Shown piece by piece: positions 1 through 11,239 of a stretch of DNA of 64,000 nt (its first letter is position 1; the number at the start of each line of letters is the position of its first letter). The position numbers and the translations under genes were made by a program. Origin of the DNA: Heptranchias perlo (lineage: Eukaryota); contig NC_090343.1 in the NCBI RefSeq assembly GCF_035084215.1, forward strand, positions 31,434,001-31,498,000, in the 5' to 3' direction. The notes beneath the pieces were generated by a model. It was not told the DNA's origin and did no database searches. It was given only the letters and a program-made list of their open reading frames with translations.

Positions 1-412
1 TTTAGATCTGTTGTCCTGCATGAAAAAAGGTGAGAAATTACATGCAGGATGTACCCCCCACCCCTCAAAAATTAATGTTTAAATAAAGTGCTGCCAGTTT
101 GAGCTACGCATTTCTACTACCATGGATCTCACCCTCAGAAATGACATTGGAGCATAAAGTGAGCAGAGTTCCATTAGGATATAACTTCCACCTATTTTCT
201 GTTACCAGCCTCCTGATTTATGCTGCAACAATGGGTAGCTGGCAGTAGAAAGTCCAGGCCAAAAGTATGCCAATACAAACAATTTTAGCCCAGTAAAGCT
301 AAAAATCCCAATCAGAGTTGCTCCTCTGATGGGTTGACAGTCACAAAACACTGTATCAATGAACTTATAATTTATATGAGTCAATGAATTGCCCAGTAAT
401 AAATGGCACATT

Positions 413-872
413 GGGGACAATTTTCAATGGAGTATTGGGTTGATGGTGGCCGGACTGTTTTGCCACCTGCCCGATGGCTCCAGTGAGAGGCCTGAACCAT
501 TTTCATGATTGGGCTTCATCTCAATATTTTGGGTGATCTACCAGCACTCAGCAAGCACACACAGGCAGTTCATCACGGGGTGTGGCGGGGGGAGAGCATG
601 AAATCCAGCGGCTCCTCCATGGGTCCAAAGGGACAAGGGGTGGGGGGTGGGGGGGGCACTGAGCAGTTGGCAGTGGGCCTGAAGACTTCTGTGAGGCCCG
701 AAGGGGTCTACTTTGGGTGGGAACAGTAGATCGCTCATTTCGAGGCCCGCTCGAAAATTGAGTCAGGAAGACTTTGGGTGGCCAATGGGCAAGACCTTTT
801 CGTTCAATATTCAACCACCTACCGCCCCAATTTCCAGCATCAACAGAGTGGGTGGCACTTGAAAATCACCGC
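413..872. mobile_element. Non-autonomous DNA transposon (MITE), probably Harbinger-derived
   Basis: GC-rich block bounded by degenerate inverted termini GGGGACAATTTTCAA ... TTGAAAATCACCGC and flanked by ATT on both sides. No coding capacity. Confidence 0.5.
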
Positions 873-1110
873 ATTTATATACTTGCAATGAGTATGTCAC
901 AATTATTGGGCTTGATGTTACCAGGGCTGCGAGTTCGCGGCGGGGGGGGCTATTGGGCGCGTAGGTAACGCGCCCAGCGAAATCAGTCTGCGCCCCGCGC
1001 GATTGCAGCCTAATTGGATCCACTTACCTGGTCTTCCGGGTTCCCCACTGCTGATCTGCGCGTCGGGCGGACTGTGCATGCGCAATAAGGTCTGTCAGCT
1101 GGAGGAGTTC

Positions 1111-1118
1111 TATTTAAA
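1111..1118 (+). promoter_or_regulatory. Possible TATA-like box of the Harbinger Myb/SANT gene
   Basis: TATTTAAA about 58 bp upstream of ATG 1169. The second Harbinger has a similar GATTTAAAGGG at the equivalent place on the minus strand (near 63216-63226). Confidence 0.3.
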
Positions 1119-1168
1119 GGGGCAGTCCTCCACTGACAGATGCTGCAACAAATAGCAAAAATTACAGC

Positions 1169-1749
1169 ATGGAGCAGCCCAGGGGGAAGGCTGCTCCCAG
1201 TTTAATGATGCCTCACTCCAGGTATCATTAGATGGGGTGAGGAGGAGGGGGAGGACAGAGATCTTCCCCCCGGCGGGCGGGAGGAAGCGGCTTGCCTCTG
1301 CCACCAGGAAGGACTGGCTCGAGGTGGCAGAGGAGGTCACCTGCACCACCAACATATCACGCACCTGCATACAGTGCAGGAGGTGCTGCAATGACCTAAG
1401 TAGGTCAGCCAAAGTGAGTACACTTATTCATTCCCCTACACTCCGTCTGCCACATCACGGAGCGCACCCCACATCTCCTTCTGCACTGCCAACACTACTC
1501 TGTTACATCACCCCTCACACCCAGTCAAACCTCATCCTCATCTTAACTGTACTTACTCACCTCGCCAGTACTCATCCCGCCACTACCACTCAACCCAATC
1601 TTCATACAATCTCATGGCTCTATCTCATACTCACCCTCTCGTGCATCTCTTTCACAGTCAGCCTCACTCAACCTGCCACTATCTGTGCTGCAGCCACAGG
1701 GCATGTATCACATATGTGCAGTAGGCAGCGTAAGGCAAGCGTGTCGTGA
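1169..1749 (+). pseudogene. Harbinger Myb/SANT-like DNA-binding protein, frameshifted and centrally deleted
   Basis: MEQPRGKAAP/FNDASLQVSLDGVRRR...KDWLEVAEEV...CIQCRRCCNDLSRSAK, then GTGAGT donor at 1414. One-base frameshift near 1200. The C-terminus QPATICAAATG...SRQRKASVS* matches the end of the Myb gene in the 59450-63442 element. Confidence 0.85.
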
Positions 1750-1832
1750 GTATGAAGGGGATGCACAAGGGTGTTTGAGGGTTTGTCATGGTTTTTACTT
1801 ATATTGAATTTCTGACCAACTCACATTACATA

Positions 1833-2421
1833 TTATATTGGCACCACTACTGCCATGTCTTTGCGAATCTTGTCTGGTTTGTGCAATAATGCCCTTTCCT
1901 GAGGATCACAATGAAGACCCACAACTGATGCCACCGATTGTGTCACTGCAGAGTGGTGTAGGTGTATTTGCAGGGCTCTTTTGTGCAGACGACTGAGAGA
2001 CGTCGGCGATGTCCCTGGTGGCACCCTGGAAGGATGTGGAGGAGAAGTTGTTGAGGGCAGTGGTGACTTTGAGAGCGACAGGTAAGAAGATGGTGCTCGG
2101 GCCAACCGGGAGCAGCTCGGCATGAAAGAGGCTGCAGATGTCCACGACTACATGTCGAGTGACTCTGAGCCTCCGTGTGCACTGCTGCTCAGAGAGGTCC
2201 AGGAAGCTGAGCCTCGGCCTGTGGACCCTGTGGCGAGGGTAGTGCCCTCTGCGACGCATCTGAGGTTGCCCTCCCTCCTGCTGTGCAGGTGGATGTGTCA
2301 CAGCACTCTGTTGTGGAACTCCACGTGTCAGAGGTGGACGGCGTGGCCGGCGAGGCTGGTGAGGCTGGTGATGCTGTTCACCCTCCGAGGAGGTCATGAC
2401 TGCAGCTACGGCGGCCCCCAT
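1833..2421 (-). pseudogene. Harbinger (HARBI1-like) transposase, N-terminal part only; DDE core deleted
   Basis: MGAAVAAV...YPRHRVHRPRLSFLDLSEQQCTRRLR...LPVALKVTTALNNFSSTSFQGATRDIADVSQSSAQK. The IDCTH/GDKGY catalytic region is absent. Confidence 0.85.
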
Positions 2422-3097
2422 CCGGAAGATGTACATCTGAGGGGGTCCGCAAGGTAGGTACATGTCTCTGGACCCTGGGGTAAGTGTGCAAGTTGGTGAA
2501 TGTTCTTGTCAGGAGGAGGGTGGTGGAGGCCAAACTTTGTCCCAAGTGACAGAGTGGCCTCCTGCAATGAGTGAGGGTCTCCCCCCCACACCTGTCAAAT
2601 GGACCTTTGCAGCTGCCACAGGCTGATAGCTGCAACACGTCCATTTGAACTGGGAGTGTTTCCCCCAGTGTGGGAAACAGTCCCAGTTGTTTATAAAATC
2701 CCACCCCTCTTCACATATTCCCCTAATCAGGTCAGTTAATAACCTGAAATAGCAAAGTAAATACTTTTAAGTGGCATCCCGCTGGCTTTAATTGCCTGCG
2801 GGAGTCCCACATGCGGGGGCTGCGCGCGCACGTCGGTGCGTCTGTGGGGAACCCGGAAGTGGGCAGGTTGGAGCCGGTCTCCGGACCCGCTCCGGGATTC
2901 CCCGATTTTCCGAGCCCCCCCGCCAGGAACGCACCCGATAGCCGGTGTTAAAATGAAGCCCATTAATCTTTCAGTGTGAATGTTATTCCGTATCAACAAC
3001 ATGGAGCACAATGGTAGGCAAACAGAGAATACACCACAAAAATATACCTAAAACTGAAAAAAGACCCCCAAAAGAAGAACAGATCCCCAAAAGTGAC

Positions 3098-3391
3098 TTT
3101 TTTTTTATTCGTTCATGGGATGTGGGCGTCGCTGGCGAGGCCAGCATTTAATGCCCAACCTGAATTGCCCTTGAGAAGGTGGTAGTGAGCCGCCTTCTCT
3201 AACCACTGCAATCCATGTGGTGAAGGTTCTCCCACAGTGCTGTTAGGAAGGGAGTTCCAGGATTTTGACCCAGTGACGAAGAAGGAACGGTGAGATATTT
3301 CCAGGTCGAGATGGTGTGTGACTTGGAGGGGAATGTGCAGGTGATGTTGTTCCCATGTGCCTGCTGCCCTTGTCCTTCGAGGTAGTAGAGG
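3098..3391 (-). mobile_element. 3' end of the CR1/Jockey-group LINE family (same as 5185-8415)
   Basis: Near-identical to 5185-5480, with a T-run (A tail) followed by TTCGTTCATGGGATGTGGGCGTCGCTGGCGAGGCCAGC. Confidence 0.9.
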
Positions 3392-3488
3392 ACTGCAAAA
3401 GAATAACTTAATAAAGAGATTCAGAAAATATATTAAGACCTTGTAATTACTCAGAAATATCCATTAGAATTCTCTATATAAAATTGTT

Positions 3489-3662
3489 GGGTAAATTTTC
3501 CTCTGTAGTGTTCCTGGTGGAGAACTTCAGGCACCAGGAGTGCACATTCAGAATTCAAGCATACACTGCCACAAGTTTTCATGCATAAAATCGTCTGAAG
3601 GGTTGTGTGTCCAAACTCCAAAGCTCTGCGTTGGGAGTGCTAAAGATGACAAATTACTCCCC
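3489..3662. mobile_element. Short degenerate MITE
   Basis: GGGTAAATTTTCCTCT ... AGATGACAAATTACTCC imperfect inverted ends. A similar terminus recurs at 33052 and 57221. Confidence 0.35.
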
Positions 3663-4109
3663 CCTCCACCCCATATATTTTTAAATTTTTGTGCCTACTT
3701 TTTCAAAACTGATTATTTTCTTTAAAAACAACTTTTTGAGTCAATCTTTTGTTTGATTGTATTGAACGCAATTGTTTGGAGATGAATAGACCCGGAAAAC
3801 ACAACAATTAATGACTGTCGGGTCTCCCATTGTTTTTAAAGGTAACCTAAAACTAGGTGTGCTATAATTAGACACTTCTACATGAAAAAACAAACAAAAT
3901 CAATAACAATAATAGGAAGTCAGCAATATAATAAATGCAGTAAACAATATATAATGGAGAAGCGGTAAATAAGAATATTTCTTTAGTGACATTCCCAAAC
4001 ACATCCTGAAAGATTCCCAATATATTTTAGGAACATTGCTCAGTTCTTGTTAATACGGATGAGCAGATAAATGTGGCAATTTAATTTCTACCAAGGCATT
4101 ACAATTAAA

Positions 4110-4470
4110 AGCAATGACGATGATTCTGGCAATTTAAGTTATAAGGAAAGGTTAAGAAAGTTTGGCTTGTTTTCTTTGGAAAAGGGAAGACTTTTAGGTG
4201 AAAAGGATCAATAAAATCAACCCAAGTTTTCACTAGGGTGAAATATAGGTTAAATATTGAACAGTTAAGAATTAGAAAGGAAGTCAGGAGGAACTTTATT
4301 ACACAGAAGACAATATAATTGCAGAATAAGCTACCAAGGAATGCTTCAAGAGCCAATTTGATGTATATCTGGAGAGATAAGGGATTAAGTGATATGGTGA
4401 TGGGTAAGATTGAGATCCATCAAAAGGGAGATGGCTTATTGGGTCTAATGGGGTGGAATTTTCTAATGGC
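4110..4470 (+). mobile_element. Old, highly diverged CR1 3' fragment
   Basis: Degenerate equivalents of SYEERL..LGLFSLE.RRLRG and RRNFFTQR seen in the younger CR1 copies. Confidence 0.6.
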
Positions 4471-4574
4471 AATGTCACAGAAAGTATGGCAGCATGGAAA
4501 AATCTCTGCTTAAAGGTATATTTGATTCTGGAATCGCTAATAGAATTTGTGAAAGGTCACCTTGAAGGTGACAA

Positions 4575-4786
4575 GCATCCAATTTTACTGACCACGACGT
4601 TGCAGTCCTCCTACACAAAGTGAAGGTCAGAAGAGGCAGCCTGTTTGGAACATGGGCAAGCCAGCAAAAGGCATTGCTCGGGCACAAGGGAGGGTGGTGG
4701 TATTGGCTGTAAGTGCCACTTCCATGATCCCATGGATGGCAGTTCAATGCCACAAGAAATTTAATGACCTGACAAGGGTAGCATGA
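4575..4786 (+). pseudogene. Isolated Myb/SANT-like (Harbinger-type) DNA-binding domain fossil
   Basis: Manual translation with one frameshift: ASNFTDHDVAVLLHKVKVRRGSLFG.../AVSATSMIPWMAVQCHKKFNDLTRVA. It carries the F.D...VL...V..RR and QC.K.FNDL motifs of the two Harbinger Myb genes. Confidence 0.7.
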
Positions 4787-5250
4787 GGTATCATGACTGC
4801 GTGAATCAGTTGCACACAGAAGAGACTGCATGTGGTGGCATATTGTTAATGGAAAAGGGAAGGTGTAGATAGGACTGTTCGTGGAGTGGACAGATGTTGT
4901 TGTAAAGAGATGGTCTCCTTAACAGTTGCGTATGATGGTTGCCTGCAGCTGGCGATGGCTTGTCCCTCATCCTGTTTATGCTGATGAATCAACTGTTGGT
5001 CTACCTGATGGCTCTGGGAACTTTGGTGGCCCCCTCCTCATCGTCAAAAACCAAAATTGCACATCACCCTTTCCTGGAGACTCAAGCCAAACTGTATTGT
5101 AGAGCCCTCCCAGACTGATCCAGACACTTGAAGTGAATCTTCAGCATTACTGTCATGTGCTTGATGATGACTCTATTGACTGAATTTTTTTTATATATTC
5201 GTTCATGGGATGTGGGCGTCGCTGGCGAGGCCAGCATTTATTGCCCATCC

Positions 5251-8139
5251 CTAATTGCCCTTGAGAAGGTGGTGGTGAGCCGCCTTCTTGAACCACTGCA
5301 GTCCGTGTGGTGAAGGTTCGCCCACTGTGCTGTTAGGAAGTCCCAGGATTTTGACCCAGCGACAATGAAGGAACGGCGATATATTTCCAAGTCGGGATGG
5401 TGTGTGACTTGGAGGGGAATGTGCAGGTGGTGTTGTTCTCATGTGCCTGCTGCCCTTGTCCTTCTAGGTGTTAGAGGTCACGGGTTTGGGAGGTGCTGTC
5501 GAAGAAGCCTTGGCGAGTTGCTGCAGTGCATCCTGTGGATGGTACACACTGCAGCCACAGTGCGCCGGTGGTGAAGGGAGTGAATGTTTAGGGTGGTGGA
5601 TGGGGTGCCAATCAAGTGGGCTGCTTTGTCCTCGATGGTGTCGAGCTTCTTGAGTGTTGTTGGAGCTACACTCATCCAGGCAAGTGGAGAGTATTCCATC
5701 AAACTCCTGACTTGTGCCTTGTAGATGGTGAAAAGCCTTTGGGGAGTCAGGAGGTGAGCCACTCGCTGCAGAATACCCAGCCTCTCTCCTGCCCTTGTAG
5801 CCATTATATTTATGTGGCTGGTCCAGTTAAGTTTCTGATCAATGGTGACCCCCAGGATGTTGATGGTGAGGGATTCGGCGATGGTAATGCCATTGAATGT
5901 CAAGGGGAGGTGATTAGACTCTCTCTTGTTGGAGATGGTCATTGCCTGGCACTTGTCTGGCGCGAACGTTACTTGCCACTTATCAGCCCAAGTCTGGATG
6001 TTGTCCAGGTCTTGCTGCATGCGGGCACGGACTGCTTCATTATTTGAGGGGTTGCGAATGGAACTGAACACTGTGCAATCATCAGCAAACATTCCCATTT
6101 CTGACCTTATGATGGAGGGAAGGTCATTGATGAAGCAGCTGAAGATGTTTGGGCCTAGGACACTGCCCTGAGGAACTCCTGCAGCAATGTCCTGGGGCTA
6201 AGATGATTGGCCTCCAACAACCACTACCATCTTCTTTTGTGCTAGATATGACTCCAGCCACTGGAGAGTTTTCCCATTGACTTCAATTTTACTAGGGCTC
6301 CTTGGTGCCACACTCGGTCAAATGCTGCCTTGATGTCAAGGGCAGTCACTCTCACCTCACCTCTGGAATTCAGCTCTTTTGTCCATGTTTGGACCAAGGC
6401 TGTAATGAGGTCTGGAGCCGAGTGGTCCTGGCGGAACCCAAACTGAGCATCAGTGAGCAGGTTATTGGTGAGTAAGTGCTGCTTGATAACACTGTCGACG
6501 ACACCTTCCATCACTTTGCTGATGATTGAGAGTAGACTGATGGGGCAGTAATTGGCCGGATTGGATTTGTCCTGCTTTTTGTGGACAGGACATACGTGGG
6601 CAATTTTCCACATTGTCGGTTAGATGCCAGTGTTGTAGCTGTACTGGAACAGCTTGGCTAGTGGCACAGCGAGTTCTGGAGCACAAGTCTTCAGCACTAC
6701 AGCCGGGATGTTGTCGGGGCCCATAGCCTTTGCTGTATCCAGTGCACTCAGCTGTTTCTTGATATCACGTGGAGTGAATCGAATTGGCTGAAGACTGGCT
6801 TTTGTGATGGTGGGGATATCGGGAGGAGGCCGAGATGGATCATCCACTCGGCACTTCTGGCTGAAGATGGTTGCAAACGCTTCAGCCTTGTCTTTTGCAC
6901 TCACGTGCTGGACTCCGCCTTCATTGAGGATGGGGATGTTTACAGAGCCTCCTCCCTTTAGTTGTTTAATTGTCCACCAGCATTCTCGACTGAATGTGGC
7001 AGGACTGCAGAGCTTTGATCTGATCCGTTCGTTGTGGAATCGCCTAGCTCTGTCTATAGCATGTTGCTTCCGCTGTTTAGCATGCATGTAGTCCTGAGTT
7101 GTAGCTTCACCAGGTTGGCACCTCATTTTTAGGTACTGCTCCTGGCATGCTCTTCTACACTCCTCATTGAACCAGGGTTGATCCCCTGGATTGTTGGTAA
7201 TGGTAGAGTGAGGAATATGCCGGGCCATGAGATTACAGATTGTGCTGGAATACAATTCTGCTGCTGCTGATGGCCCACAGCACCTCTTGGATGCCCAGTT
7301 TTGAGCTGCTAGATATGTTCTGAATCTATCCCATTTAGCACGGTGGTAGTGCCACACAACACGTTGGATGATGTCCTCAGTGCGAAGACGGGTCTTCGTC
7401 TCCACGAGGACTGTGCGGTGATCACTCCTACCGATACTGTCATGGACAGATGCATTTGCGACAGGTAGATTGGTGAGGACGAGGTCAAGTAAGTTTTTCC
7501 CTCGTGTTAGTTCGCTCACCACCTGCCGCAGGCCCAGTCTGGCAGCTATGTCCTTCAGGTCTCGGCCAGCAGTGGTGCTACCGAGCCACTCTTGGTGATG
7601 GACATTGAAGTCCCCCACCCAGAGTAAATTCTGTGCCCTTGCTCCCCTCAGTGCTTCTCAACATGGAGGAGGACTGATTCATCAGCTGAGGGAGGGCGGT
7701 AGGTGGCAATCAGCAGGAGATTTCCTTGCCCATGTTTGACCTGATGCCATGAGATTTCATGGGGTCCACAGTCAATGTTGAGGACTCCCAAGGCCACTCC
7801 ATCCTGACTGTATATCACTGTACTGCCACCTCTGGTCGGTCTGTCCTGCCGGTGGGACAGGACATACCCAGGGATGGTGATGGAAGAGTCTGGGACATTG
7901 GCTGAAAGGTATGATTCTGTGAGTATGGCTATGTCAGGCTGTTGCTTGACTAGTCTGTGGGACAGCTCTCCCAATTTTGATACAAGTCCCCAGATGTTAG
8001 TGAGGAGGACTTTGCAGGGTCGACTGGGCTTGGTTTCCCTTTGTCGTGTCCAGTGCCGAGTGGTCCATCTGGTTTTATTCTTATTATGACTTTTTTTTTT
8101 AAAAGCAAGATTGTGCAACTGACTGGCTTGCTCGGCCAT
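5251..8139 (-). pseudogene. LINE endonuclease-reverse transcriptase polyprotein, frameshifted
   Basis: APE motifs (TNIWGL, ILTES, GDFNVHH, LDLVLT, SDH) and RT motifs (PISLLS, QFGFR, LDIKAAFDRVWH, FADD) split over ORFs 7648-8151, 6620-7618, 6242-6613, 5478-6098 and 5251-5442. Confidence 0.92.
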
Positions 8140-8334
8140 TTCAGAGGGCAATTAAGAATCAACCACATTGCTGTTGGTCTGGAGTCACATATAGGCCAGA
8201 CAAGGTAAGGACGGCAGGTTTGATGGGTTTTTACAACAATCCAGTAGTTACATTGCCGCCATTACTGATATTAGTATTTTAATTCCAGATTTTATTTTAT
8301 TAATTGAATTGAAATTCCCTAGCTGCTGTGGCAG

Positions 8335-8415
8335 TAAATAGAACTCATAACTCTGGATTATTAATCTGGACCTCTAGATTACTAATCCAGTAACATAACC
8401 ACTATGCTACCGTAC
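8335..8415 (-). promoter_or_regulatory. tRNA-derived head with Pol III type-2 promoter-like boxes
   Basis: Minus strand reads GTACGG-TAGCATAGTGG (A box, 8409-8399)-TTATGTTACTGGATTAGTAATCTAG...GAGTTCTATTT (degenerate B box, 8346-8336). Confidence 0.55.
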
Positions 8416-8784
8416 TCTATATAGGACTACACTGCACTAGTGTTTCACTGGACTAATGGGCAAGTGCCAGATATCATTAGCCTTGTTTCCAAGTCTTTGG
8501 TTCTGAATTTACTCCCTTTTTCAGCACATCATTGGCGCTGGAATTACATTTTTACTACCTCCTTTACGTTGAGTTTCTGCCTCTTAATGGCTGTGGTGCC
8601 ATTTTCAGTTGGATCTGGGGCCTCTGTGTGATGTGGGTGCCACTGCTGCCTGAAGCTTATTTCGATATATGCTAATGAGGAGAAACATTATAGCAAGACC
8701 ACAATCCTATGATTTGCATTCCCAATGCAAGAAGAATAAGTTAGAACAGAAATGGACCAAAATGGTATAAGAAATAGGACTTTT

Positions 8785-9489
8785 AGGTGAAAATTTTTTT
8801 ACAAGCTGTGTCCCTTTGAACAGCACTTCCACTTTCACCGCTGATCCTGCTAAGCCAGTAGGTTGGTTGTAAAACTGGCATTAATTGCAATGATGTTAAT
8901 GAAGTGAAAATGACAGCAAATTGTATGCTCAATGTCATCCCATCATTACCGTATCATTTGCGTATGTCCACATCCCGATCTAAATTGAGCATAGGACCTC
9001 TTTTGCATTAAACTGACAGGCTGCAGATGCCAATCGGGCATCCCAATGCAGCTCGCTGGTTGGGGTCTGAAGCCTAGTCTGCTGGCAAGTAAGTCCTGGG
9101 GGGGTGGGGGTAGGGGGGAGAGGTGAAGTGGAAGGTGGGGGGAGGGACAAGCCCAGGCCAGCAGCAGCCTGCAGTGTTTTTGTGGAGCCAAGAGGAGCAC
9201 TCCTACTCCTCCTAGCTCCACAGAAATGAAACTATTAAAAAATGTTATTACCTTTTTTGAGCAGCCTCCAGTGGTCCCTTTAATGACTGGTTAGGCTGCT
9301 CAAGATTCATAACAACTGGGTGAAGTGTGCACGGTGCAAGCTCCACCTATTTGCAGACCAATTTTGATTTGGCAGCTGACGCAATTCCGGGGGAGATCAG
9401 GCACAGAAGGTCATGATCCAAAATTGGTTCCCCCCAAAGTCAATTTTACAGCCAGAAAAACGGGCACAATGATGTTGAAATTCTCACCC
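8785..9489. mobile_element. Non-autonomous DNA transposon (MITE)
   Basis: AGGTGAAAATTT ... AAATTCTCACCC inverted ends. G-rich interior with GGAGCACTCCTACTCCTCCTAGCTCCACA, resembling the interiors of 24890-25454 and 33770-34559. Confidence 0.5.
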
Positions 9490-11239
9490 AGTGTTTCTGA
9501 ACTAATTTTTAGATGGCACAATTCCTTTGTTTTTGAAAAAAATGCCATGCTATGAAAATGTGTGGCTACTAATCATTATCAGATGATGATGATGATTGAA
9601 CAATCCTAGGGACCAATTTTCTCCAAGGCACATCGTTATTATTTGGGACAGCAGTCAGGAATTTTTCTTTACTTCATTTCAAGGGCAAATGCAAGATTAG
9701 CATCCACAACTGAGTCAAGCTAGAATTTGTTCAATGGAGGTTGCAATGCAGCTATTCAGAGATCAGCATGCTGGCCAACAATGGAGTAAACTATCACTAA
9801 CAGCCTCCAGCTCCTCTCACAGAACAAATATGGCAAACATAATATCAGTGATCTTATCTGTGTGCAGAGTGCAGAATCTAACGTTTTCCAAAAATTAAAA
9901 ACAAAAATGCAGTCTTCTGTTTCTGAAAGATCAAAGTCCATGATAATCAAATAAAAAAAATGTTGAGGCTTTCAATTTTACATTCAAATGAAATCAAATG
10001 TGAAAGGAGGGTGCATTATGTGTAAGCATTCTATGCCTTCTTATCTTGCCACTGTTACAAAACTATGAATTATCTTTTGACCAAAGCCACAGTAACTCAA
10101 TACCAAGACCGTCAGAAATCTGTCTACTAATTTTCTTTGGAAAATGTTGGTTTCTCAAGTTTTTCCAAGGATTTAAAAAAAAACATTAGTTTTGGGAAAA
10201 TAGAAAAATGGACAGAATCACAGAATGGACTGCCCTGATCAGACTGGGTCTCCCTGCTCCCACCTAGGTTGATGTTGATCCCCACAGCTATCCTGCACTC
10301 AGTGATTGCACTGGATGGTACTGTAGCTCATTTTGGGGAGTGATCTCACTTGCTCTTGGCCCAGTCCCAGCTTGTTCCTTCTATTCTGACTTTCCAGCAC
10401 TCTTCACATGCTTGTCTTCCTGTCTCCAGCAGCATGTCTTGCGTTAACTGTTCCAGTTGCTATCACCACTCTGCACAATCACAATTAATGATGCAAAACT
10501 GGGGAAATTGGAATCAGAAAGGCTGCAACCCAGGCAGAATCAGGAAGATCCAATTTGAATCGAGTTGTGATCTAGAGTGATACCTGCAGCCAGGCAGCAT
10601 GTGGTACAATTAACATCAGACTGGGAATGCAAGAGGAAGGACTGAGAGAGGAGGTTGGGAGACCAGTCCTAGAGAGTCCAGAAGAGATAATGGAGTGGGT
10701 CTGCATTAGGACCAGGTGAACTACAGTAACATCCAATGTAATTACACCAGTTCCAAGGATTTCCAAAGAATCATAGGGCAAAATTTAATGATTTTGACTC
10801 AGATTTCCATGATAGGGCAGAGTATTCCCTTCACAGTGCAAACACAAATGGTAGGATATTTCACTGGAGTTATGCCAGAATGTAGAAATTCTTCAGGAAC
10901 CACTCCACCAGCTCTTAGCTGTCATCCATTAATTCTGGGATTGTTTGCCTGAAATGACAGGAGACATACAATATATCTGTCCAACAATGGGTGCGTGTAT
11001 TTACATGACATCCAAATGATGAGAGTACATCATCCTATCACTTGTGCCCTAACAATGCTGTTTACTAGGACTACCTGTGTATTCCTAGCATCCAGAACTG
11101 ATGTGACAGTGAGGGGGATTAAAATTTAAGAAGAGATTGGGATATAAATTTACCTTGGATGGTACTGAATTGGTAGCCTGTTTTGAACTCTACCCGATTT
11201 TCTTTGAAGTCAGAGTGCAAGATGCCTACGTCCTACACA

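Larger units (their letters stand above)
908..2961. mobile_element. PIF/Harbinger DNA transposon, internally deleted non-autonomous copy
   Basis: TIRs GGGCTTGATGTTACCA (908) and TGTTAAAATGAAGCCC (ends 2961), with a 3-bp ATT duplication on both flanks. Contains convergent Myb/SANT (+) and HARBI1-like transposase (-) remnants homologous to the element at 59450-63442. Confidence 0.9.
5185..8415 (-). mobile_element. Near full-length (~3.2 kb) CR1/Jockey-group LINE with a single APE-RT ORF and a tRNA-like 5' head
   Basis: A-rich tail at 5185-5198. Continuous endonuclease plus RT coding fragments 8139-5251. About 280 bp of 5' leader starting GTACGGTAGCATAGTGG. No ORF1. Confidence 0.9.

Noticed and set aside
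8335-8415. Functional tRNA gene (also 40283-40350)
   Set aside because: There is no complete cloverleaf, and the sequences run directly into retroelement bodies.
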